This document shows, piece after piece, positions 30,092-37,853 of a stretch of 64,000 nt of DNA (positions within the stretch are counted from its first letter, which is position 1; each line of letters begins with the position of its first letter). The DNA comes from Candidatus Brocadiia bacterium. Lineage in GTDB: Bacteria; Planctomycetota; Brocadiia; CAIUPP01. Under the pieces are notes generated by a model that saw only the letters and a program-made list of their open reading frames with translations, was not told the origin of the DNA and did not search any database. The position numbers and the translations under genes were made by a program. The stretch is taken from contig JBEKCB010000006.1 in NCBI GenBank assembly GCA_050015075.1, positions 15,811 to 79,810 on the forward strand, in the 5' to 3' direction.

Positions 30092-31063
30092 ATGAATGCG
30101 CGACGCGGTTGGGGCATGTTCGTCATCCTGCTCGCCCTCCTGGCCGGAGCGTGCGCCTTGTCGCTCCTGGCCGGCCCGTCGTGGGTTCCGCTTTCGGAGA
30201 TGCCTGAGTCAAACATCGTCCGGATGCGGGTCGCGCGCATCCTGCTGGGCATCATCGCCGGCGCGGGGCTTTCGGTCTCCGGCGTGATCTTCCAGGCGCT
30301 GCTGCGCAATCCGCTGGCGGAGCCTTACGTGCTGGGCGTCTCGTCCGGGGCCGGGCTCGGTGCGGCGGTGGCGATCGTGCTGGGTCTTAGCGGCACCGGC
30401 GTCTGGGGCGTGCCTGCCCTGGCCTTCATCGGCGCCCTGTTCACGATCCTGCTGGTTTACGGCCTCGCACGCACGTCCTCGGGCGCGGTCCCGGTGCCGA
30501 CGCTCCTGCTCTCGGGCGTCATCGTCGGCGCGGTCTTGAGCAGCATCCTGATGTTCATCGTGTCCACCTCCGAAGGCGAGAAACTGCACAACGTCATGTG
30601 GTGGCTCCTCGGAAGCCTGCAGGCGCTGGACTGGCGGCCGCTGGAGATTTCGGCCCCGCCGGTCGCGGCCGGGCTGCTGCTGGCGGTGCTCCTTTCGCGC
30701 GACCTGAACCTGATGACGCTCGGCGAGGAGCCCGCCGCGCACCTGGGACTGAACGTGGAGCAGACGAAGAAGCTGTTCTTCCTGGTGGCATCGCTCATGA
30801 CCGGCGCCACGGTGGCGGCGTGCGGGCTGATCGGCTTCGTCGGGCTGATCGTGCCGCATATCGCGCGGCTGATCATGGGGCCGGACCACCGGCGGCTGGT
30901 GCCGGCCGCGGCGCTGGCCGGGGCGACGTTTCTCGTCCTCGCCGACAGCTTCGCGCGCAGCGTGCTGCCGGTGGAAATCCCCATCGGCGTAGTCACTGCG
31001 TTCCTGGGCGGACCTTTCTTCCTGTTCATCCTGCGGCGCAGGACGTCGCCCTATTGGAGGTAG
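30092..31063 (+). CDS. btuC: FecCD-family ABC permease (BtuC-like)
   Basis: The start MNARRGWGMFVILLALLAG is followed by about 9-10 TM segments. The segment GLIGFVGLIVPHIARLIMGPDHRRL is typical of FecCD/BtuC. Confidence 0.8.
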   Translation: MNARRGWGMFVILLALLAGACALSLLAGPSWVPLSEMPESNIVRMRVARILLGIIAGAGLSVSGVIFQALLRNPLAEPYVLGVSSGAGLGAAVAIVLGLSGTGVWGVPALAFIGALFTILLVYGLARTSSGAVPVPTLLLSGVIVGAVLSSILMFIVSTSEGEKLHNVMWWLLGSLQALDWRPLEISAPPVAAGLLLAVLLSRDLNLMTLGEEPAAHLGLNVEQTKKLFFLVASLMTGATVAACGLIGFVGLIVPHIARLIMGPDHRRLVPAAALAGATFLVLADSFARSVLPVEIPIGVVTAFLGGPFFLFILRRRTSPYWR

Positions 31064-31065
31064 CC

Positions 31066-31845
31066 GTGCTCTCGGTCAAGAACGTCAGCGCCGGATACGG
31101 CCGGAAGCTCGTGGTGCGCGATGTGACGATGCGCGTGGCCGAAGGCGAGTTCGTCGGGCTGATCGGCCCGAACGGCTCCGGCAAGACCACCCTGCTGCGC
31201 GTCATCAGCGGCGTGCTGGCGCCGTCCGAGGGCGAGGTGCTGCTCCGCGACGCCCCGCTCCGGACGATCGGCAAGCGGCGGCTGGCGCAGATGATGGCCT
31301 GCCTGCCGCAGGAGCTGGCCTCGGACCTGGCGTTCACGGTGCGGGAGATCGTGCTGATGGGGCGCTCGCCGCATCTTTCTAGGATCGGCCGCGAGACGCG
31401 GCAGGATTCCGAGGCGGCCGAGAAGGCGATGGCGCTGGCGGACATCGCGGACATCGCGGACCGTTTCATGACCGAGATCAGCGGCGGCGAGCGCCAGCGC
31501 GCGTTCATCGCGATGTGCCTGGCGCAGGAGCCGCAGATCCTGCTGCTCGACGAGCCGACGAGCCACCTGGACGTCGGCCACCAGTTGTCGCTGCTCGACC
31601 TGGTCAAGCGGCTGAACCGCCGGAGCGGAATGACCGTCGTCGCGGTCTTCCATGACCTGAACCTCGCCTCTGAGTACTGCGACCGGCTGCTGCTGCTCCA
31701 CCAGGGCCGCGCCGAGGCGCTCGGCTCGCCGCAGGAAGTCCTCACGGCGGAAATCATCCGGCGGGTCTACCAGGCCAAAGTCCTCACCGAGCCGAACCTC
31801 GTCTCCGGCAAACCGCACATCGTCATCTCCGCCGGGACAGACTAA
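31066..31845 (+). CDS. btuD: ABC transporter ATP-binding protein (BtuD/FecE-like)
   Basis: GTG 31066 lies 2 nt after the permease stop. Walker A GPNGSGKTT, signature ISGGERQR, Walker B ILLLDEPTSHLD. The long N-terminal extension in the track (30598) is rejected. Confidence 0.85.
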   Translation: MLSVKNVSAGYGRKLVVRDVTMRVAEGEFVGLIGPNGSGKTTLLRVISGVLAPSEGEVLLRDAPLRTIGKRRLAQMMACLPQELASDLAFTVREIVLMGRSPHLSRIGRETRQDSEAAEKAMALADIADIADRFMTEISGGERQRAFIAMCLAQEPQILLLDEPTSHLDVGHQLSLLDLVKRLNRRSGMTVVAVFHDLNLASEYCDRLLLLHQGRAEALGSPQEVLTAEIIRRVYQAKVLTEPNLVSGKPHIVISAGTD

Positions 31846-32276
31846 AGTTGCTTTCATGCCCCGGAATTATTACAAGGCGTTTCAAACACGGCTGACCAAA
31901 TCGGTCCTGCGATAAACCGCTCAGAATCGTCGTTTCCGTCAGGAATATCCCCACCTACTCAATTACCCGTGTTGAATTCTCTCAACATAGGGGATTCTCC
32001 TATGTTCGTCTAGGTTTTTCCTCTATTCGGCGTCAATCAGGGTCCGTTTGGTGTAGGGGCAGCGCAACACTCCCTCATTCCGCATTAAGACCACGATCTG
32101 CGAGATAGCACCGTGTTTATAGGCCAACACTATGGTTGTGGTGAAGGCAGCAGTCTCGGCATAGCATTTGCTGAACCAAAATTGAGCAGATTGGCCAATC
32201 CTTACCGCCAAGGATATGGCAACATCTTGTGCGCACTGAACTTGCGCCTATTCTTTGGAAAGGGAGGATTTTGCCG

Positions 32277-32939
32277 ATGCGCAGATTATGTCTCACGCTT
32301 TCGGTTGCAGCTCTCCTCAGCCTCATTGGCCGGTCGTCGTTCGCAACAAGCATCTTCGTCGAGAGCGATGCATCAACCCTTTGTGCCGCGGTGTCCTCCG
32401 GGGTGCCGACAACCGCGGAGCTTACGAAACTCAACGGCGGAAACACGGCCGGCCTGACGTTCCACACGGTCTTTCCAGGCGCGCAAGGGACGTTCACGCC
32501 TGTGCCGCCTGGCGCTCCGGCCGGCACTGAAGTCGTCAGCATCCCTCTCATCGTGTCGAGCGTGAGCCCGAGCGGTTTCTTCGAAGTTACCTTTGACCTG
32601 CCGAGCGTGTTCGAGGACGTTCAACTGACAGGCGTCGCCAACGCCGACGACAAAGGCCGGGCCTTCTTGAACGGCCACGCCATTTCCCCCGCGTTGTCCG
32701 CCACCGGTCACATTGACGAATTCGATAACGTTGGTTTCTCGACCTCCGACGCCTCTTACTTCGAGCCGGGTGAAAACGTCCTGCTCATCGCCGACGACAA
32801 CACAGGCGGCCCAAGTGGTGTAGCTTTTTATGCCGACATCACCTACAACACGGTTCCTGAGCCGGCGACGATGACGCTGTTCGGGCTGGGACTTGCCGGG
32901 CTGATCGGCCGCCGGATACGCCGGAGCAGCGGCAGGTAA
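32277..32939 (+). CDS. PEP-CTERM sorting-domain secreted protein
   Basis: ATG 32277 with an AAGGGAGGA SD. Signal peptide MRRLCLTLSVAALLSLIGRSSFA. The C-terminus is VPEPATMTLFGLGLAGLIGRRIRR. Confidence 0.75.
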   Translation: MRRLCLTLSVAALLSLIGRSSFATSIFVESDASTLCAAVSSGVPTTAELTKLNGGNTAGLTFHTVFPGAQGTFTPVPPGAPAGTEVVSIPLIVSSVSPSGFFEVTFDLPSVFEDVQLTGVANADDKGRAFLNGHAISPALSATGHIDEFDNVGFSTSDASYFEPGENVLLIADDNTGGPSGVAFYADITYNTVPEPATMTLFGLGLAGLIGRRIRRSSGR

Positions 32940-32971
32940 GCGACCTTCGTTCTTTCGATGTGCGCCTTCTC

Positions 32972-33014
32972 GCGCCGCGCGATGTTCCACAGGAATATCG
33001 CGCGGCGCTTTTTT
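32972..33014 (+). terminator. rho-independent terminator
   Basis: GCGCCGCGCGAT - 13 nt loop - ATCGCGCGGCGC, followed by TTTTTT. Confidence 0.8.
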
Positions 33015-33207
33015 GTCGGCGAGTATTCCGGGTAAATAATACATCTCTTGTCAACCTTGCAAAGGTTTGTATGAACCTTCGCAAGTTTTTCCATTTTGTG
33101 CCATCCTGAAGGCTGCCGCCCGTCGAGAGTCTCTCTTCGAGCCTGAGCCTCGGAGCCGCAGCGCCGAAGTTGCGGGCGAAATCCCTTCTCAGTTACAATG
33201 ATGGGCG

Positions 33208-34221
33208 ATGCGGCCTCAAGTCCCTTTGGCCGAATCCGGCCTCGTTCCAGGAGACCACGGTTTGGAGCTGTTCGGCGACTTTTCGCGCGTGCTGTTGAGC
33301 ATCCTCTTCGAGGCGCTCCCTTTCGTGCTCCTGGGATCCCTGGTCAGCGGGGTCATGGAGGTCTTCCTTCCGTCGGAAGTGCTGACGCGGATCCTGCCGA
33401 AGAACCGCTTCCTGGCCACGCTCAGCGGCGCGCTGGCCGGGCTGGCGCTGCCGATGTGCGAGTGCGGCGTGATCCCGGTGATGCGCCGGCTGATCCGCAA
33501 AGGCACGCCGCTCAATGTCGCCCTGGCTTACATGCTCGCCGCGCCGGTGGTCAATCCGATCGTCATCCTCAGCACGATGGTCGCTTTTCGCTCGATGCGG
33601 CCGCTGACCGTGACGGGATTGCGCATGGGCATGGGCCTGGTCATCGCCATGATCACCAGCGGCGTCGTGACGATGTTCGCGGGAACGAAGGCGCACACGA
33701 TCGAACTGAAGGCGCCGGCGGCCGCGCGGCCGTCGTGGCGGCAAGGATCGCGCGAGGCGCTCGGTCACGCGGGCCGGGACTTCATCGAGATCGGCGCGTT
33801 CCTGGCGATCGGCGCGGCGATTTCCGCGGCGCTGAACGTCCTCGTCGAGCGCAAGATCGTCGTCCAGTTCGCCGGTCAGAACGTCATGGCGACGGTGACG
33901 ATGATGGCCATGGCGCTCGTCCTGAACCTGTGCAGCGAGGCGGACGCGTTCGTGGCGTGGAGCTTCCGCGATTTCTCGATCTCCAGCCGGCTGGCGTTCC
34001 TGGTCCTCGGGCCGATACTCGACATGAAGCTCATCGCCATGTACACGCGCGTCTTCCGCCGGCGGACGATCCTGATCCTGTGCGCGTGCAGCGTGGCGCT
34101 GGTCTTCACGGCGACCATGCTGCTCAGCAACCTCTGGCCCGAACTCGCCAAGCCGAGCCCGCTGACGGACGCCGCCCGGCAGGCGCAACAGCAGCAGCCG
34201 GCGCAGAGGTTGCAGCCATGA
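33208..34221 (+). CDS. COG0701/ArsP-type permease (two-component membrane permease, large subunit)
   Basis: 337 aa polytopic protein: LPFVLLGSLVSGVMEVFLP, GLALPMCECGVIPVMRRL (Cys-x-Cys motif), LAYMLAAPVVNPIV. Confidence 0.7.
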   Translation: MRPQVPLAESGLVPGDHGLELFGDFSRVLLSILFEALPFVLLGSLVSGVMEVFLPSEVLTRILPKNRFLATLSGALAGLALPMCECGVIPVMRRLIRKGTPLNVALAYMLAAPVVNPIVILSTMVAFRSMRPLTVTGLRMGMGLVIAMITSGVVTMFAGTKAHTIELKAPAAARPSWRQGSREALGHAGRDFIEIGAFLAIGAAISAALNVLVERKIVVQFAGQNVMATVTMMAMALVLNLCSEADAFVAWSFRDFSISSRLAFLVLGPILDMKLIAMYTRVFRRRTILILCACSVALVFTATMLLSNLWPELAKPSPLTDAARQAQQQQPAQRLQP

Positions 34222-35168
34222 ACCACCATACGATCCATCGCGTCGTCGGCGCCGGCCGCGTGGCGGTCATTCTCGTCTGGGCGGTCTTCCTCGCATTCGC
34301 CTGGTATACGACGAAATACCCGCACGCGGGAAAACCCGGCCGGCTGGGGATCATCAATCCCTCGTACCGCTGGCTGAGCCTGGCGTCGGCGGCGACGTTG
34401 ATCCTCGTCAGCGCCGCCCTGCTGCCGGCGCGGCGGGACGAGCATGAGCATCACCCCGGCGGCGGCTCCGACCGCGAAGGCGACCACGATCACGAAGAGC
34501 ACGAAGCCGCTTCGCCCGGCGAGCTGGTCTTCCAGGCGCTGTTCCTCGCCCCGATTGTCCTTTCCTTGTGCAGCACCGGCAGCGGGCTCAGCGGCGCCAG
34601 CCTCTCGCGGCGCGGAGTCCATGAGATCCAGTTGCCGCAACAGACTCAAATCCGCTCCGCGGCGCCGACCGCGCGCGCGCCGGCGGTCCTGGCCGAACCG
34701 ATAAAGCCTGCAGGCGCGGAATCCGAGGAAGTTCAGCCGCCGTTGTCCATGGCGGACCTCTACGAATACCTGCTCACGGGCGCGCCGGCGCAGTGGGTGG
34801 GACGGCCGGTGGACGCGATCGGCCAATACTTCGTGGACGAGCGCTGCAGCGCGAACCAGTTCGTCGTGACCCGCATCGTGGTCACCTGCTGCCTGGCCGA
34901 CGCTGAGGTGATCGGTGTGCGCGCCCAGTCGCCAGAGCTGTTCAAGCCAAGCGCCGCAGTGAATTCCTCTCAGAGACCGCAGGCGCCCGGCAAGCCGCTT
35001 GCTCGCGTGGCCAGGCTGGGGCCATGGATCGAAGTGCGCGGCAAGCTGCAGGCGTTGAACGACCGGTTCGGCAACCCGGCGCTCTTCATCGGTGACGCTA
35101 CCGTCTCAGAAGTTCCTCCGCCCGACGATATCCTGCTCTACCCGCGCCGCCGCAAAATGCCCTGGTGA
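34218..35168 (+). CDS. TIGR03943/DUF1980-family membrane protein, partner of the COG0701 permease
   Basis: ATGA overlap with the permease stop. It has two N-terminal TM segments, a His/Asp/Glu-rich loop RRDEHEHHPGGGSDREGDHDHEEHE and the C-terminal motif FVVTRIVVTCCLADAEVIGV. It is embedded in a longer spurious track ORF (33198..35168). Confidence 0.6.
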   Translation: MNHHTIHRVVGAGRVAVILVWAVFLAFAWYTTKYPHAGKPGRLGIINPSYRWLSLASAATLILVSAALLPARRDEHEHHPGGGSDREGDHDHEEHEAASPGELVFQALFLAPIVLSLCSTGSGLSGASLSRRGVHEIQLPQQTQIRSAAPTARAPAVLAEPIKPAGAESEEVQPPLSMADLYEYLLTGAPAQWVGRPVDAIGQYFVDERCSANQFVVTRIVVTCCLADAEVIGVRAQSPELFKPSAAVNSSQRPQAPGKPLARVARLGPWIEVRGKLQALNDRFGNPALFIGDATVSEVPPPDDILLYPRRRKMPW

Positions 35169-35191
35169 AAGCGGCGGCCGCAGATAGCACG

Positions 35192-36184
35192 CTATTCAGC
35201 CGGCCGCGCGAAACTCTCCCGAAGCATCAGGGCCGCCCCGAACAGGTAAATCGGCAGCCACGGTATCCAGCTCACCACGTGGCATGCCAGCGAACGGTCC
35301 GCGGGGACCTTGAATGCAGCCAGCAGCCCGACGAACGCCACCTGCGGCAGTCCCAGGCCGGAGAGGCCGATGGGAATCATGCTCGCGACTTCCACCGCGC
35401 ACATGATCCAGAGGATGCGGACATACCAAACCTCATTGAGGCCGACGCCCTCCGCGCCTATGGCGATCAGGCAGAACAGAGGGCCGAAGTTCGCCACGAA
35501 CATCCGCGCGACGTTGGCCGCGAGCGCGCCCAGCAGGCTCGGCCCGTGCGAGCGATAGGTCTCCAGCGATTCCAGGATTTTTCGCAGCGCGTCGTGCAGC
35601 CGATGCGGCATCAGGCCATGAAGCGACTGCACGTGAAAACGCTTGAGCCGGCCGGTGAGCCCCGTGGCGAGCATCAGCAACAAGATCAGCGTCGGGAGAG
35701 CCCCAATGATGAGCAGCGGCACGATCCAGGCGCGATGCTCCTGCGCGGCCTGCACGTCCAATGCCAGCGCCAGCGCGCCGACGCCGCAGATCGCGACGAC
35801 CTTCAGCGCCGCATTGAGCGACAGCGCCACGAACATCTGCGCGTGCAGCTTGTCCGGCCGCGCCAGCCGGTACCACGCCACCGCGCCGCCGCCCACCGTG
35901 CCCGGCAGGAACAGCGATACGAAGTTGACGACAAGCGTCGTCCTCGCCACGGCCCACCAGCCGCCGCTGAACCCGACGGGCCGGACCAGCAAGTAGAGCT
36001 TGAGCGCGTCGAGCATGATCGCGCAGACGGCGACCGGCACGGCGGCGAGCACCCACAGGTATTCCGCGCCGGCGAGCGCCGACCAGAGCCGCGAAGGCTT
36101 GGCGATGACGACCAGGCCGGCGATCATCGCCAGCACGAGGACCAGGCGCAGCCACCAGCCGACGCGCTGCCATGTCCAGCTCAC
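35192..36184 (-). CDS. lysylphosphatidylglycerol-synthase-TM-region (UPF0104, flippase-like) membrane protein
   Basis: GTG 36184 overlaps the glycosyltransferase TGA. Matching segments: YLWVLAAVPVAVCAIMLDALKLYLLV, NFVSLFLPGTVGGGAVAWYRL. Confidence 0.6.
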   Translation of the reverse strand: MSWTWQRVGWWLRLVLVLAMIAGLVVIAKPSRLWSALAGAEYLWVLAAVPVAVCAIMLDALKLYLLVRPVGFSGGWWAVARTTLVVNFVSLFLPGTVGGGAVAWYRLARPDKLHAQMFVALSLNAALKVVAICGVGALALALDVQAAQEHRAWIVPLLIIGALPTLILLLMLATGLTGRLKRFHVQSLHGLMPHRLHDALRKILESLETYRSHGPSLLGALAANVARMFVANFGPLFCLIAIGAEGVGLNEVWYVRILWIMCAVEVASMIPIGLSGLGLPQVAFVGLLAAFKVPADRSLACHVVSWIPWLPIYLFGAALMLRESFARPAE

Positions 36185-37305
36185 GAGAGGTCCTTCTTCA
36201 AAGCGATATCGCGCACGAGGCCGACAATGCGGTTGGCCTCGGACGCGCGATCTCGGAACCATGCCTGCACGCCCCGCTCGTAGGATCGCCAGGCGTCCTC
36301 ATCCGTCAACAGCATGCGCGCCGCCTCCACGAGCCGCTCGAAGTCCCCGCCGCAGACGATGCCGGCGTTCCGCTCCGCCAGCGAGCCGCCTGAATCCACA
36401 GAGAGAGAGAGAATGGGCATCCCGGCCTGGGCGGATTGGACGAAAGTCTGAGGGAAGACGCCCTCCGAGGAACTCGTCGAGACAAAGATGCGATGTTGTG
36501 CGAAGAGCGCGTTGGCCTCGTCGAAGGGCAGGCCTTCGTAGAGCATAAGATTGTCCGGCGCGCGTCTTCGCAACCGCGCGATGTCCTGGCTCGGATCGGG
36601 CTGGCAGACGAGGGTGAAGGAGTGACCCGGCAGCCGCGCTGCCAGGTCAACGAAAATGTCCGCGTGCTTGCCCACCGCGTCGCGGCCCACCCACAGCGCG
36701 CCCGCGCGCGGTCCCTCTGCCGCCGGCGGCGGTGGCGGCAACGGCGCGGGAAAGATCACCGCCGCGCGGCCATACGTGCGCCGGAGAACCTCGGCCTGCT
36801 GCGCGGTATCGCAGGAGAGCGCGCGGGCGTGACGCATGGCGAACTCGTGAAAGCGTCGGGCGAGGGGCGACAACGAGCTGTCGGGCTGGCCCGAGCATTC
36901 CTTGTCGCTGGCGCTGCGGCACATGTGCAGATGAGTTCTCCCCGCCGCAAACGCCGCGAAACTCACCAGGCCGTTGACGCCGCTGGCGCTCTGCGTGATA
37001 TACAGGTCGTGCCGCCCCGCCAGCAGGCGCCAGACCAGCCGCGCCAGTTGCGCCGCCGTGAAGTGAGGACCCGGCGACATGCGAATCACGGGGCGTATCG
37101 TCATGCCCGGTTCGCGGCGCACCGGCTGGCCGATGTCCGCCACGTAGAGCGTCACCTCGAACCCGCCCGCCTGCGCCAGAAGCCGGGCGATCTGGAGCGA
37201 CTCCAATTCCGCGCCGCCGAACGGAAATCGGCATCCCGGCTCCGTGAGGGAGCACGCGGCCAGTGAGATAATCCCAACGGAGATCGGAGAATCAGGGCGC
37301 TTCAT
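36181..37305 (-). CDS. glycosyltransferase (GT-B fold, GT4-like)
   Basis: 374 aa. The C-terminal half (RIFVSTSSSEGVFPQTFVQSAQAGMPIL) shows an E-x7-E-like GT4 signature. Confidence 0.6.
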   Translation of the reverse strand: MKRPDSPISVGIISLAACSLTEPGCRFPFGGAELESLQIARLLAQAGGFEVTLYVADIGQPVRREPGMTIRPVIRMSPGPHFTAAQLARLVWRLLAGRHDLYITQSASGVNGLVSFAAFAAGRTHLHMCRSASDKECSGQPDSSLSPLARRFHEFAMRHARALSCDTAQQAEVLRRTYGRAAVIFPAPLPPPPPAAEGPRAGALWVGRDAVGKHADIFVDLAARLPGHSFTLVCQPDPSQDIARLRRRAPDNLMLYEGLPFDEANALFAQHRIFVSTSSSEGVFPQTFVQSAQAGMPILSLSVDSGGSLAERNAGIVCGGDFERLVEAARMLLTDEDAWRSYERGVQAWFRDRASEANRIVGLVRDIALKKDLS

Positions 37306-37433
37306 CTTTCGCAGGCGATCCTCTTCAGGGGCTGAAATTCATGCGTAGCGTAGGTTCCCTGGGAAAAAGAGTCAAGTGGGCGAGGTTCAGGGCCTCGCGC
37401 AAGCGGTTGCGCGCTCTCTTCTGCCGCCCGTTT

Positions 37434-37650
37434 GTCGGCTATATCCTGTCGCAGTATACTGCCGCAGGATATAGCCGCCCGCTTTAACGCGAACGGGCTT
37501 GGGGCCGCGAACGTCTTTGGCTTTCTTCGCGCTCACTGTCTCCGCTCGTCCCTCGGCTATGTTCTGTCACGGTATACCTCCGTGGAATATGGTCACCCGC
37601 TTCCGCGAAAAATGGACTTGGGGCCGCGTACCGCTCCGGCTTTCGCCGAT
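37434..37650. repeat. two tandem ~118-bp units, each starting with a long imperfect palindrome
   Basis: Unit A starts GTCGGCTATATCCTGTCGCAGTATACTGCCGCAGGATATAGCC (a 40-bp palindrome, 37437-37476), then ...CTTGGGGCCGCGAACG..GGCTTTC. Unit B starts CTCGGCTATGTTCTGTCACGGTATACCTCCGTGGAATATGG, then ...CTTGGGGCCGCGTACC..GGCTTTC. The array lies between divergent genes. Confidence 0.7.
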
Positions 37651-37853
37651 CGGCCACGCCGCATGCGTTTTCCTTATCATTTCTTCAACGCCTTTCCCCG
37701 CCGGCGATCGGGGAGCGGAAGAAATGTCACAGCGGAACCGACGCATTTTACGCCCGCGCCGTTATTGTTCTTGACAGTGGGATTCACGGCGGATAGATTC
37801 CGCTGGTGTGTGTCGCTGGATTCCGAGAATAACCCGCTGCCCACGGAGGTCCT

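Noticed and set aside
32023-32211. 62-aa minus-strand ORF in the lower-GC gap after btuD.
   Set aside because: It has a TTG start without an SD and no recognisable family, and it could be a gene fragment. There is not enough evidence to call it.
33198-35168. 656-aa plus-strand ORF spanning the permease locus.
   Set aside because: Only its last 316 codons, from ATG 34218, look like a real protein (TIGR03943-like). The first part is the out-of-frame shadow of the COG0701 permease gene.
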